Assembly: GCA_946495655.1 (NCBI GenBank)
Contig: CAMMDS010000005.1
Span: 730-64,729 of the forward strand
Direction: 5' to 3'
Origin: an uncultured Clostridium sp.
GTDB taxonomy: Bacteria > Bacillota > Clostridia > TANB77 > CAG-508
DNA: 64,000 nucleotides
The notes under the pieces are model-generated. The model did no database searches. It was not told the origin of the DNA and saw only the letters and a list, made by a program, of their open reading frames with translations. Of the stretch, positions 38,739 to 49,446 are shown piece after piece (position 1 is the first letter of the stretch; every line of letters starts with the position of its first letter). The translations under genes were made by a program, and so were the position numbers.

Positions 38739-38996
38739 ATGTCAATGATGGATGAAACATTAAGTTTTAAGGTAGAGAAAGATAAAAGCATTAAAGCCAG
38801 AGAAATTCTTAAAGAAGTGTATAATGCTTTACAAGAAAAAGGTTACAACCCAATAAACCAAATTGTAGGATACATTTTATCTGGTGATCCAACATATATA
38901 ACAAGTCATAAGAATGCAAGAAATTTAATTAGACAAATTGAAAGAGATGAATTACTAGAAAGAATGGTAAAAAATTATATAGGATTAGATGAATAA
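38739..38996 (+). CDS. ireB: IreB family regulatory phosphoprotein (UPF0297)
   Basis: [36 protein letters not shown] conserved core; precedes ruvX as in other Firmicutes. Confidence 0.85.
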   Translation: MSMMDETLSFKVEKDKSIKAREILKEVYNALQEKGYNPINQIVGYILSGDPTYITSHKNARNLIRQIERDELLERMVKNYIGLDE

Positions 38997-39423
38997 AATG
39001 AGAAAACTTGGAATTGATTATGGAGATGCAAGAGTAGGACTAGCTATTACAGACGAACTTGGAATAACTGCACAAGGGTTAGAAACAATTCACCATAATG
39101 GAAATGACAAAATAGTATTAAAAAGATTAGAAGAAATTATTAATGAATATAAAGTAGATACTATAGTGATTGGACTTCCAATAAATATGGATGGAACTAA
39201 ATCTGAAAGAGTAGATGTTACAGAAAAATTTATTCATAAACTTAAATGTAAATTTAATAAAATAAAAATAGAAGAAATCGATGAACGATTGACTACAGTA
39301 GCAGCACATAGAACAATGAACTATTTGAATATAAATAAAAATGAAAAAAAGAATATTGTAGATACAATATCTGCAGTATATATACTAGAAACCTACATGA
39401 ATAAATTAAAAAATAGCATATAA
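38989..39423 (+). CDS. ruvX: putative pre-16S rRNA nuclease / Holliday-junction-resolvase-like YqgF
   Basis: [35 protein letters not shown] motifs. The start could instead be 38998. Confidence 0.9.
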   Translation: MNKMRKLGIDYGDARVGLAITDELGITAQGLETIHHNGNDKIVLKRLEEIINEYKVDTIVIGLPINMDGTKSERVDVTEKFIHKLKCKFNKIKIEEIDERLTTVAAHRTMNYLNINKNEKKNIVDTISAVYILETYMNKLKNSI

Positions 39424-39506
39424 TTGTTAAAGTGCGAGATAATATAAATATATAGTTATTAATTTTAAAATAATATAAAAATATATGATTGAAAGGAGAA
39501 TTAAAG

Positions 39507-39827
39507 ATGGATGAAGATTTAAATAATGTTCCAAATGGACAAGAAGGAGAGGAACTTGATAATATAATAGTACTTAATGATGAAAACGGAGAAGAAATTG
39601 AATTTGAATTTCTAGATTTAATTGAGTTTGAAGGAGAAGAATACGTAGTATTATTACCACACGATGAAGAAGATGATGCAGATGAAGTAGTAATACTAAA
39701 ATTGGAGGATACAGATTCAGAAGACGAAGAATCTTATGTGAGTGTTGATGATGAAGATGTATTACAAGCTGTATTTGAAATCTTTAAAGAAAAATTTAAA
39801 GATGAATTTAATTTCATAGATGAATAG
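39507..39827 (+). CDS. DUF1292 family acidic protein
   Basis: IVLNDENGEEIEFEFLDLIEFEGEEYVVLLP signature; standard ireB-ruvX-DUF1292 order. Confidence 0.8.
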   Translation: MDEDLNNVPNGQEGEELDNIIVLNDENGEEIEFEFLDLIEFEGEEYVVLLPHDEEDDADEVVILKLEDTDSEDEESYVSVDDEDVLQAVFEIFKEKFKDEFNFIDE

Positions 39828-40046
39828 AAAAAGATAATTTTTTAAGCTCTTCTATTTATAGTATATATTAAAGATGTGTACTATATAAATGGAAGAGCTT
39901 ACTATATATTTGACTTGATTTACATAATTGTTGCAATAAATGTTAATAAGAGTTATAATAATATTAGTACTTGTGGATACAGCAAGTATTAAATAAATGT
40001 ATCATTTAAAGAATCTTCATAAATAATTTTAGGAGGTAGTTTAATT

Positions 40047-40520
40047 ATGGAAACAAATTCTCTGTACCGGAAAGAAAAGTTAACTAAATGCATTGTGGTT
40101 CTGATATGGCTCATTGTATCAGTAATGGTTTCATATTTCTTAACATATGAATATATGATGCCTCAAGATTACAGTGAAAGCATCGAAACATACAAAAGTA
40201 TTGCACAAGAACTGTTGAACGGTAAAATAGAAGCGAGTGAAATCCCAGAGGATACAAATATAAGTTTTACAGATGACAATATCAAAATTGAAAATGAAAG
40301 ATATTTGTATTCTATAACTATTAATCGTTCAGATGACAAAATAGTCATTGCTGAAGAAACAGGAGACTTAATCCGAATTGTTCTTACAGTAGTGATTTTT
40401 GCAATAACATTTATAGTTGGTCTTTTTACTATAGTACTTACTACTTTCTCAATTATAAATGACATATTTGCAAGAAAAAGAAACCAGCTGTTTAAAAACA
40501 ATTTAGAAATCACAAAATGA
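40047..40520 (+). CDS. hypothetical membrane protein (orphan, 157 aa)
   Basis: Own promoter ttgcaa-17-tataat, RBS aggagg and terminator ggaggtatatttacctcc. In-frame CGG at codon 8. Confidence 0.45.
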   Translation: METNSLYRKEKLTKCIVVLIWLIVSVMVSYFLTYEYMMPQDYSESIETYKSIAQELLNGKIEASEIPEDTNISFTDDNIKIENERYLYSITINRSDDKIVIAEETGDLIRIVLTVVIFAITFIVGLFTIVLTTFSIINDIFARKRNQLFKNNLEITK

Positions 40521-40659
40521 GCCACAAAAATACAGAGGACAAGAGTGGAGGTATATTTACCTCCATTTTTGTCGAATAAAAAATTATAAACTAATGCAAA
40601 AAACTTAAATATATGTTACAATATATTTAAGTTTTAAATTTTAAGGAGGAATTTTACAT

Positions 40660-41133
40660 ATGAAAAATTTTTCAAGTTGGTTAATAGCAATGTTTGCATT
40701 TATGTTTTGGGGATTTAGGTTGATAGGTACAGTTCTTAATTCTATAGGAATTGACTTCTTATTTGTACCTAGTAATATGGCGATGGAGATAGCATTACTT
40801 TTCATCACATTTATTTGTATATGTTTTATGATAAAAAGAAGGCTATTAGCAGCATTAATATATTTGGTTGCACATTTTATGTATTATGGTCCAACATTTG
40901 CAGGACACTTTATGCAGATCTTAGATAATACACTACCTTTTGAATCTTATATGAGTGTATTATTTGAATTTTTCGCTTTAGTATTAGCAATAGCTGCTTT
41001 ATTTGATGTTTTGCTAGATAAGAATAGGAAAGCACATCCAACAGATAGTAAAACAGATTGGTTTTATAAAAATAAAGATTATGATAGAAAATTAGATGAA
41101 AGAGCAGATAAAAATAATTATAGAACATTATAA
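40660..41133 (+). CDS. hypothetical 4-TM membrane protein
   Basis: RBS aaggagg; hydrophobic profile only. Confidence 0.5.
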   Translation: MKNFSSWLIAMFAFMFWGFRLIGTVLNSIGIDFLFVPSNMAMEIALLFITFICICFMIKRRLLAALIYLVAHFMYYGPTFAGHFMQILDNTLPFESYMSVLFEFFALVLAIAALFDVLLDKNRKAHPTDSKTDWFYKNKDYDRKLDERADKNNYRTL

Positions 41134-41163
41134 AAAATACCTTTTTTGAAAGAGAGAAAAATT

Positions 41164-42063
41164 ATGAATGAAAACAATATGAATATCAATTGGTATCCTG
41201 GACATATGGCTAAAACAAAAAGGCAAATTATAGAAGATTTAAAATTGATAGATATAGTAGTAGAAATTTTAGATGCTAGAATACCAATATCTAGTCGAAA
41301 TCCAGATATAGAACAATATATAAAAGATAAAGATAGATTGATAGTTCTTAATAAATATGATTTAGCAGACAAAGAAGAAAATAATAGATGGATTAGTTAT
41401 TTTAATAATAATGGAATAGAAGCAGTACTTGTAAATTCGAATACAGGGGATGGTATTAATCAAGCTATTAAAAAAATAGAGGAAATCTATGCAAAGAAGC
41501 AAGAAAAATACCAAAATAAAGGTAGGTTAGGGAAATCAATTAGAGTGATGATAATCGGTATACCTAATGTAGGAAAATCTTCTTTTATTAATCGTATTTC
41601 TAAGAAAAATTCAGCTACAGTAGGAAATAGGCCAGGAGTAACTAGACAAAAACAATGGATTAGAATAAATGGAAATATTGAATTATTAGATACACCAGGT
41701 GTTTTATGGCCAAAATTTGAAAATGAAGAAATAGCATTAAATTTAGCATATACTGGAACTATAAAAGATGATGTATTGCAAACAATAGAAATAGGATTTA
41801 GTTTATTAAAATTTTTGATTAACAATTATTTAGATAATTTGTTAGATAGATATAAGATGAATAAAGAAGATATAAATAATATACTTAATCAATCGGAATT
41901 AGAAGAAAATGAAAAAATACTTGAAATTATGCATGCAATAGGAAGAAAAAGGGGAGCTATAATTTCTGGTGGTAATATTGATGAAGAGAAAACAGCGAAA
42001 ATAATATTGGATGATTTTAGAAATGGAAAAATAGGAAGAATAACTTTGGAAAAAGTAAAGTAA
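41164..42063 (+). CDS. rbgA: ribosome biogenesis GTPase A (RbgA/YlqF)
   Basis: INWYPGHMAKT, circularly permuted G-motifs NKYDL ... GIPNVGKSS ... DTPG. Confidence 0.9.
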   Translation: MNENNMNINWYPGHMAKTKRQIIEDLKLIDIVVEILDARIPISSRNPDIEQYIKDKDRLIVLNKYDLADKEENNRWISYFNNNGIEAVLVNSNTGDGINQAIKKIEEIYAKKQEKYQNKGRLGKSIRVMIIGIPNVGKSSFINRISKKNSATVGNRPGVTRQKQWIRINGNIELLDTPGVLWPKFENEEIALNLAYTGTIKDDVLQTIEIGFSLLKFLINNYLDNLLDRYKMNKEDINNILNQSELEENEKILEIMHAIGRKRGAIISGGNIDEEKTAKIILDDFRNGKIGRITLEKVK

Positions 42064-42127
42064 TAATATTTAAGAAACAAAGAATAAAAAAATAAATCGA
42101 AAATTAATAGAATTTAAGGAGCATTAA

Positions 42128-42529
42128 ATGATAGAAGTTATAGAAAGATCAGAAAATGGAGCAGAAGTAAATACTATGTCCCCGCTTACATGGGCTTACA
42201 TTGGAGACAGTGTATATGAATTATATATAAGAATGTATTTAGTAAATACAACAAAATTAAAACCACATAAATTACATATTGAATCAATTAAATATGTTAA
42301 AGCAAAAGCTCAAGCCGAAATTTTAAAAAAATTAGAAAACAGATTAACAGATAAAGAAAAGGAAATAGTTAAAAGAGGAAGAAATGCAGAAAATCATCAT
42401 CTTCCCAAAAATGCAACAGTGCAAGAATATATGTATTCTACAGGATTTGAAGCATTAATTGGATATTTGTATTTAACAAAACAAGATAAAAGACTAAAAG
42501 AAATTTTAGAAAACTGTATATTTATATAA
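42128..42529 (+). CDS. mrnC: mini-ribonuclease 3
   Basis: LTWAYIGDSVYELYIR and STGFEALIGYLYL motifs; 133 aa. Confidence 0.85.
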   Translation: MIEVIERSENGAEVNTMSPLTWAYIGDSVYELYIRMYLVNTTKLKPHKLHIESIKYVKAKAQAEILKKLENRLTDKEKEIVKRGRNAENHHLPKNATVQEYMYSTGFEALIGYLYLTKQDKRLKEILENCIFI

Positions 42530-42585
42530 TAAAATAAAAACACCTAGATGACTTATATTATAAAGTTTCTAGGTGTTTTTATAAT

Positions 42586-42660
42586 TGGTGACCCCTACGG
42601 GAATCGAACCCATGATTCAGCCTTGAGAGGGCTGCGTCTTAACCGCTTGACCAAGGGGCC
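42586..42660 (-). tRNA. tRNA-Glu (anticodon CUC), CCA encoded
   Basis: The reverse complement ggcccct-tg-gtc-aagcggttaa-gac-g-cagcc-ctCTCaa-ggctg-aatc-atggg-ttcgatt-cccgt-aggggtc-acca parallels Bacillus tRNA-Glu except that anticodon position 34 is C. Confidence 0.8.
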
Positions 42661-42771
42661 AAAATAAATAACATATATATTTATACCATATAATGACTAA
42701 AATAGTCAATATATAATATTAAAAAATTACTGAAACTTAGTAATCCAAAAATAACAATATACTTTATCTTT

Positions 42772-43132
42772 TGGTGGAGATGAGGAGAGTCGAACTCCTG
42801 TCCAGTAATCCATCCATATAAACTTCTCCGAGTGCAGTTTGTTAAAAAATTCCCTAAAAATAAATTAACAAACAAATTTAATCTTTAGGTATCCATTAAA
42901 TTACCCTTTATCCTAATGGAATTAGATAAATTCGTTTCCTACTAAATTATCGCCTTATCTTAAACCGTAGGAAGTTTGAGTAAGACGTGCTGCTAAAATT
43001 AAGCAGCAGCGTAAGCTAATTCTCTATTATCAGCGTTTATATTTTATTTTCGCTTTTTTATAGTGGCCAAAGCGACCATCCACTACTCGCTATTCATACT
43101 TCAGAATTATTGTCGAAACCAAATACATCCCC
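42772..43132 (-). ncRNA. ssrA: tmRNA (SsrA)
   Basis: 5' ggggatgtatttggtttcgac and 3' ggagttcgactctcctcatctccacca tRNA-like ends. The internal tag ORF ends ...GAT AAT AGA GAA TTA GCT TAC GCT GCT GCT TAA (...DNRELAYAAA*). Confidence 0.85.
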
Positions 43133-43181
43133 AAGTACAAATTAAATTATACCATATTATATGAAGAAAGGCAAGGCCTCT

Positions 43182-44934
43182 CTATCCATAATACTGTATC
43201 CCAAATTCTATTAATTGATATATACCATAAAAGTTTATTATAGCAATTGGGATTATTAATAAAGCATATAATATATTCTTTATTCTAGTATGATCTTTAA
43301 ATAAAGATTCGAATAATTTAAATATTAGACAAACAAATGCCCAAGAAAAGTAATATGAATATAATATAAATCCATTTTCATCTGCACCATAACCAATTAT
43401 AGGTAATAATATGATGGAGAATAATATCCATGCAAAACAGATTTTAGAAAATGAATCTTTTCTGTTTAAAATAAATCCCAATATCGCCATAGCTAATATG
43501 ATTATACCAAAGATATTGATGGTAGTATTTTCTACCTGACTAATAGAAGGATTATACGCTAAAATGTGATATTTGTAACCATTTGAAATCATTGTTTGGC
43601 TTGCTAAAATTGAATTATTAACTTCTACTTTAGGAGCTATTACTGTGTTTAATGCAAAATTAGTATACATATTTACTTTATCAATAGGAGTTAAAGTGTC
43701 AGCATAAAAATTAGAAAAAGTATCAATTTTCATTTTTAATTGATTTGGCAATAATAATAGTACTTTAGAAGAAATTATTAAAATTGCTACAAATTTTAAA
43801 AAAGTAAAGAAAATGTTTTTTATGCTTTGCTTAAAATTATTTTTTTCTCCTAATAAAGGAAAAAATATTCCAGATGTCACTAAAGTTCCTGATGCCATAA
43901 TAAAGAGCATATCTTTATCTTTAATGTGATTAATAGACATATAAATAAATACAATCAAATAAAACACATGTATAACATATTGTTCCATATTAAATAAGAA
44001 TAATAATGTAGGATATGTAACACAAGAAAATATCATAAACAACAATTTTGATAATCCTTTTAATTTCATCATTTTTTCTAGTAGAATTATTGAAACAAAT
44101 ACAATAAATCCTTGAACAATAGCAATTAGAAACGGATATATTTCAGTAAAACTTATGCTTGAAATAAATTTTGGTAATATTGTAAATGGTAAAGAAAATA
44201 TACCGAAAAAAGGTTGCCTAAGATCATTTTCTACAGCATTTATATTATTGTAAACATCCATATCTAAAAGAAATTGTGTATCAAATGTGTATAGTAGATT
44301 CCCGATTAATGGCACTATAAATCTTATCTACAAATTCCTGACCTTGTTTTCTACTCTCATCGTTTTCTTCAGAATAAGTTAAAGAATATTTTCTGTCTTC
44401 AACAGGAACACGAGCATCTGTAAAAACACTTGTAATATTATATATAACTATTATTGCTACACAAAAAATACTTGTAGATATAATTAGAAAATTTCTTTCT
44501 AATTTATCTAAAGATTTAATAAATAATTTAAAATAATGCCATAATTTTGTATAAAAATAATATAAAAAAGTAATGACTGCTGGAATAGAAAAAATTACAA
44601 ATGTAATATTTAGATAAGTTGTAGAATAATCTATCATATATGAAAACGTTTGGCTTAAAGCATATATTCCTAGAAAAAAACTAATAAACAAAATTATTTT
44701 GTTTATACTTTGATATGTTTTTTTTAACAAATTGAATTTTAAACTAATAAACAGCATTATAAAAAAAGATAGTGTGGGTAGAATAATATCTAAAACTGGA
44801 GATGATTTTTCGCCTACAATTAATATTGCTGTTAAACTAGCAGTGGATAAGCTAAATAAGATATTGATTATTATTTGTACTATTTTATTATTATAAATCT
44901 TACTTAAATCTATTGTTTTATTTAATTTATTCAT
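43182..44934 (-). CDS. large polytopic membrane protein (possible glycosyl/oligosaccharyl-transferase-like); joined by a +1 frame change at CGG 44304..44302
   Basis: Two ORF-track pieces overlap. Junction ...KIYSAIN[G]NLLYTFDTQFLL. The downstream piece has only a GTG and no RBS. More than 12 TM helices. Divergent from the GT4 gene. Confidence 0.5.
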
Positions 44935-45121
44935 TTGTTTTCCCCTTTTATTTTTTACTTTATAAGACAAAAAAATTATAGCATAAAACTTATAGGTTCA
45001 CAAGTGAAATAAATATAAAAAAATTATCAAAAAATGTTTACTTTTAATATATTTTTGTATAAAATATATTTAATTTAAAAAATAGGAAATCAAAAGAAAA
45101 ATTGAAAGGGGCAAATGGCCA

Positions 45122-46414
45122 ATGAAAATATTAATGTTAACATGGGAATATCCACCAAGAATAGTAGGTGGAATTGCAAGAGTAGTACATGATTTATCAA
45201 AAAGACTAATAAAAGATGGACATGAAGTTACAGTAGTAACATATAAAGATGGAGATACTCCATATTATGAGAATGATAAAGGTGTAGAAGTATATAGAGT
45301 AGATAACTACATGATACATCCAAATAATTTTATAGATTGGATTATGCAATTAAACTTCAATCTGATTGCAAAAGCTACAGAAATAATGAATAAAAATGGA
45401 AAGTTTGATGTAATACATGCTCATGATTGGCTAGTTGCTAATGCTGCTAAAACATTGAAAAATTCATTTGATATTCCAATAGTATCTACAATACATGCAA
45501 CAGAATCAGGAAGAAATTCTGGAATACATGATGAAACACAAAGATATATTAATGATACAGAATGGTTATTGACATATGAATCTACAGAAGTTATTGTAAA
45601 TAGTAATTACATGAAAGGTCATGTACAAGGATTGTTTGGACTTCCTTTTGATAAAATAAATGTGGTTCCAAATGGAATAAACTTAAATAATTTTACTGGT
45701 GTAGATAGAGATTATGATTTTAGAAGACAATATGCAATGGATAATGAAAAAATAATTCTTTATATGGGAAGATTAGTATATGAAAAAGGTGTACAACATT
45801 TAATTTCAGCTATGCCAAAGATACTAGCAAATTACCATGATGCAAAATTAATTATTGCAGGAAAAGGTGGTATGCTTGATGAACTAAGATCTCAAGCACA
45901 TAACATGGGATTAGCTGATAAAGTATACTTTACAGGATATTTAAATGCAAAACAAGTACAAAAAATGTATAAATGCGCAGATGTTGCAGTATTTCCAAGT
46001 ACGTATGAACCATTTGGAATAGTAGCATTAGAAGCAATGCTTGCAGGTGTTCCAACTGTTGTATCAGATATAGGTGGATTAAATGAAATAGTAGAACACA
46101 AAGTTGATGGAATGAAAAGCTATGCAGGAAATCCAAATTCAATAGCTGATTCTGTATTAAATTTACTATATGATGCTCAGCTTTCAGCCAATGTAGCTAA
46201 AAGAGCTAAAGCAAAAGTAAAAGAACAATTTAATTGGAATAGGATAGCCCAAGATACACATTATATATATGAAAAAGCAATTTGCAAAACAATGGCAGAA
46301 AGACAAGCAGAACAAATTGAACAGGAAAAAGCAAAGAAAGCAAGCAAAGCAAAAAATTCAGAAAAAGAAATTACAAATTTGTTAAGTTTCAAAAAGAAAC
46401 ATGCTTATGCTTAG
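45122..46414 (+). CDS. family-4 glycosyltransferase (glycogen-synthase-like GT-B) with Lys-rich tail
   Basis: MKILMLTWEYPPRIVGGIARVV..., C-terminal FPSTYEPFGIVALEAM (E-x7-E) motif. Confidence 0.8.
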   Translation: MKILMLTWEYPPRIVGGIARVVHDLSKRLIKDGHEVTVVTYKDGDTPYYENDKGVEVYRVDNYMIHPNNFIDWIMQLNFNLIAKATEIMNKNGKFDVIHAHDWLVANAAKTLKNSFDIPIVSTIHATESGRNSGIHDETQRYINDTEWLLTYESTEVIVNSNYMKGHVQGLFGLPFDKINVVPNGINLNNFTGVDRDYDFRRQYAMDNEKIILYMGRLVYEKGVQHLISAMPKILANYHDAKLIIAGKGGMLDELRSQAHNMGLADKVYFTGYLNAKQVQKMYKCADVAVFPSTYEPFGIVALEAMLAGVPTVVSDIGGLNEIVEHKVDGMKSYAGNPNSIADSVLNLLYDAQLSANVAKRAKAKVKEQFNWNRIAQDTHYIYEKAICKTMAERQAEQIEQEKAKKASKAKNSEKEITNLLSFKKKHAYA

Positions 46415-46416
46415 AC

Positions 46417-46464
46417 AATTGGGGACAGGCACCAATTAGTAATTTTTACTAATTAGGGACATAC
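46417..46464. repeat. degenerate type-1 GGGGACAG repeat pair after the GT4 gene
   Basis: aattggggacaggcaccaatt ... aattagggacatac. Confidence 0.6.
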
Positions 46465-46496
46465 ATGACATAAAAATTGAGTAAGGAGAATTAAAA

Positions 46497-46829
46497 ATGA
46501 ATGTTTATGATACAGCTAATAGATTAGCATATGAAATACAAGAATCAGATGAATACAAGAATTACAAAAAACTAAAGAATGAAATTATGTCAAATCCAGA
46601 TTCAAAAAATAAGATTGAAGAGTTTGAAAAACTTAGATATGATGTACAATTAATGCAATATACTGGAGAAAATAAAGATGAAGAAAAAGCTAAAAAGTTA
46701 GAAGAAATGTATGTTATGCTAGTTCAAGACAAACAAATTAAAGATTATTTCGATTTAGAAGTAAAATTTAATATTATGATAGCAGATGTAAATAAAATAA
46801 TAGCAGAAGCAATTAGAGATGTACTTTAA
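46497..46829 (+). CDS. YlbF/YmcA-family regulatory protein
   Basis: MNVYDTANRLAYEIQESDEYKNYKKLKNEI... helical pattern typical of the YlbF family (UPF0342). Confidence 0.65.
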   Translation: MNVYDTANRLAYEIQESDEYKNYKKLKNEIMSNPDSKNKIEEFEKLRYDVQLMQYTGENKDEEKAKKLEEMYVMLVQDKQIKDYFDLEVKFNIMIADVNKIIAEAIRDVL

Positions 46830-46897
46830 ATATAGTTAATTTGTTGATAAAATGTGGAAAAATAGTTGTTATAATATAAAAAGAAAGGATAATATGT

Positions 46898-47602
46898 ATG
46901 GAATATATAGTAATTATTGTAGTAAGTATTATAACAGCTATTTTATTAAAAATAGGATTTAATATACATTTAAAAGATGTAAAAAAAATAAAGGAAATAG
47001 GATTTGATAAAAGATTAAATGATATATCAAATAAATTTCCGGAAAACAAAAAAATATGTGAAAGTATTTTAAAAAAGTTAAATAATAGTAATGTTAAAAT
47101 AGAAGAAAATAGAGAATCAAATACAAGTCTTTATATAGCAATAACCAATAAGATTATTATTGCAAATATGAAAGATACTTTTGCTAGGGTTCAAACTATA
47201 GCACATGAATGCTTACATTCTGTACAAAATAGAAAGATGTTATTATTTAATTTTATATTTTCTAATATTTTTTTATTGTATTTCATAATATCAGCATGTT
47301 TAATATTGTTTAATGTAGGAAATAACCTAATATACATATTAATATATATTTTTTTGGGCTTTATATATTGTATCATAAGAGGATATATAGAAATTGATGC
47401 GATGAGTAAAGCAATTTATGTAGCTGAAGAATATATGCAAGAATATAAAAAAGAAGATGAAAAAATATCTGAAGAAGATATTAATGTAATAGTAGAAAAT
47501 TATGAAAGAATAAATAAAATAGGGATTCCATTAACAATTTTTTCATTAGTTGCCGGAGTATTAATAAAAGTGATAATACTTTGTATAATAACATTTATAT
47601 AG
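46898..47602 (+). CDS. membrane protein with HExxH zinc-metallopeptidase motif
   Basis: IAHECLHSVQ motif between TM helices. Confidence 0.5.
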   Translation: MEYIVIIVVSIITAILLKIGFNIHLKDVKKIKEIGFDKRLNDISNKFPENKKICESILKKLNNSNVKIEENRESNTSLYIAITNKIIIANMKDTFARVQTIAHECLHSVQNRKMLLFNFIFSNIFLLYFIISACLILFNVGNNLIYILIYIFLGFIYCIIRGYIEIDAMSKAIYVAEEYMQEYKKEDEKISEEDINVIVENYERINKIGIPLTIFSLVAGVLIKVIILCIITFI

Positions 47603-47743
47603 TATATAGTAATTTCTAAACATGATATAATTAAATTAGTGGGAATAATATTTCCCACTTTATTTTTTTTACAAATACCTCTTTAAAAAAAGTCATATTT
47701 GTAGTAAAATAAATAGTATATTGTAAATTTTAAGGAGAAATTA

Positions 47744-49429
47744 ATGAATAAAAAATGGGAATGCTATCAAGTAGATGAAAATAAAGTTGAAGATTTAGTA
47801 AAAAATTACCACTTAAATGAAATTCTAGCTAAAATTTTAGTTAATAAGAATTTAACTAAAAAAGAAGATATTGAATTGTTTATGAATCCTACAAGAAAAG
47901 ATTTCCATGATCCATTTCTGATGCCAGATATGGAAATTACAGTTGACAGGATTTTAAAAGCTATAGATAATAAAGAAAAAATTATCATTTATGGTGATTA
48001 TGATGCAGATGGAATTACAAGTATTACTGTACTAAAAAGCTTTCTAGAAGAGAGAGGATTAGAAGTATCTTCATATATTCCAAATAGATTGGATGAAGGA
48101 TATGGATTAAATAAAGAAGCAATCAAAAAAATATATGATGAAGGATATAGATTAGTCATTACTGTAGATTGTGGAATATCTGGAATAGATGAAATAGAGT
48201 ATGCAAATTCTTTAGGAATTGAAACATTGATAACAGATCACCATGAACCAGCAGAAATGTTACCAAATGCTTTGGCTGTTGTAGATGCTAAAAGAAAAGA
48301 TAATAAATATCCATTTAATCAGTTAGCTGGAGTAGGCGTTGTATTTAAACTAATACAAGCCATATCCATAAAATTAAACTTAGAAGAAAAAGAATATTTG
48401 AAATATCTAGACATTGTGTGTATTGGAACAATTTCAGACATAGTTCCTTTAGTAGATGAAAATAGAGTTATTGCAAAACTTGGATTAAAATTAATAGCTC
48501 AAACTAAAAATATAGGTTTAAAAGCTTTGTTAGAAGTAATTGGATTTAAGGAGATTGATTCTACTGCGGTATCATTTGGTGTAGCACCAAGGATTAATGC
48601 TTGTGGAAGAATGGGAAATGAACAAGTAGCTTTAGATTTGTTCTTATCTAAAGATTATGAAGAAGCAAAAAAACTTGCATTGAAACTTAATGAGTATAAT
48701 ATAGAAAGACAAACTATAGAAAAGAAAATATTTGATGAAGCAACAGAAAAAATAGAAAAAGACGAAAGAGATAATACTTGTATAATAGTAGGAAGCGAAG
48801 GATGGCATCATGGAATAATAGGAATTGTTGCATCTAAAGTAACAGAAATGTATTTTAAACCATCAATATTAATCTGTTTTGAAGGTAATGAAGGAAAAGG
48901 ATCTGGTAGAAGTATACCTGGATTTGACCTACATGAAGCATTAATGAAATGTGGAGATAACCTAGAAAAATTTGGTGGACATTCAATGGCAGTTGGAGTA
49001 ACAGTAAAAAAAGAAAATTTTGACAAATTCAAGCAAGAATTAGAAGAATATTCAAAAAATCATGATGTAGATAAAATAGTTCCAGTTGTAAATGTTGATA
49101 GTGAATTATCACTAAAAAATGTTGATACAGATAGTGTGAAAAGCTTAAAATTGTTAGAACCTTTTGGTGAAGCAAATAAAATGCCACTATTCTTATTTAA
49201 AAACTTAAAGATAAATTCAATAAGAGCATTATCAGATGGAAAACATTTAAAACTAACATTAAAAGATGACAATTATATGATAAATGCTATAGGATTTAAT
49301 ATGGGAGAGTTATCAGAAAAGTATTTATTAGATGATAGAGTCGATGTTGTAGGAAATCTAGATATAAATTCATTTAATGGAAACGAAAGTATTCAAATTG
49401 TATTAAAAGATATGCGTAAGTCATATTAA
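47744..49429 (+). CDS. recJ: single-stranded-DNA-specific exonuclease RecJ
   Basis: DHH motifs IYGDYDADGITS, VDCGIS, ITDHH; DHHA1 GGHSMAVG. Confidence 0.9.
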   Translation: MNKKWECYQVDENKVEDLVKNYHLNEILAKILVNKNLTKKEDIELFMNPTRKDFHDPFLMPDMEITVDRILKAIDNKEKIIIYGDYDADGITSITVLKSFLEERGLEVSSYIPNRLDEGYGLNKEAIKKIYDEGYRLVITVDCGISGIDEIEYANSLGIETLITDHHEPAEMLPNALAVVDAKRKDNKYPFNQLAGVGVVFKLIQAISIKLNLEEKEYLKYLDIVCIGTISDIVPLVDENRVIAKLGLKLIAQTKNIGLKALLEVIGFKEIDSTAVSFGVAPRINACGRMGNEQVALDLFLSKDYEEAKKLALKLNEYNIERQTIEKKIFDEATEKIEKDERDNTCIIVGSEGWHHGIIGIVASKVTEMYFKPSILICFEGNEGKGSGRSIPGFDLHEALMKCGDNLEKFGGHSMAVGVTVKKENFDKFKQELEEYSKNHDVDKIVPVVNVDSELSLKNVDTDSVKSLKLLEPFGEANKMPLFLFKNLKINSIRALSDGKHLKLTLKDDNYMINAIGFNMGELSEKYLLDDRVDVVGNLDINSFNGNESIQIVLKDMRKSY

Positions 49430-49446
49430 AAAGGGGGAATGCACGT

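Noticed and set aside
42681-42875. 64-aa ORF on the minus strand
   Set aside because: It lies within and over the 3' part of tmRNA (42772..43132) and the spacer to tRNA-Glu.
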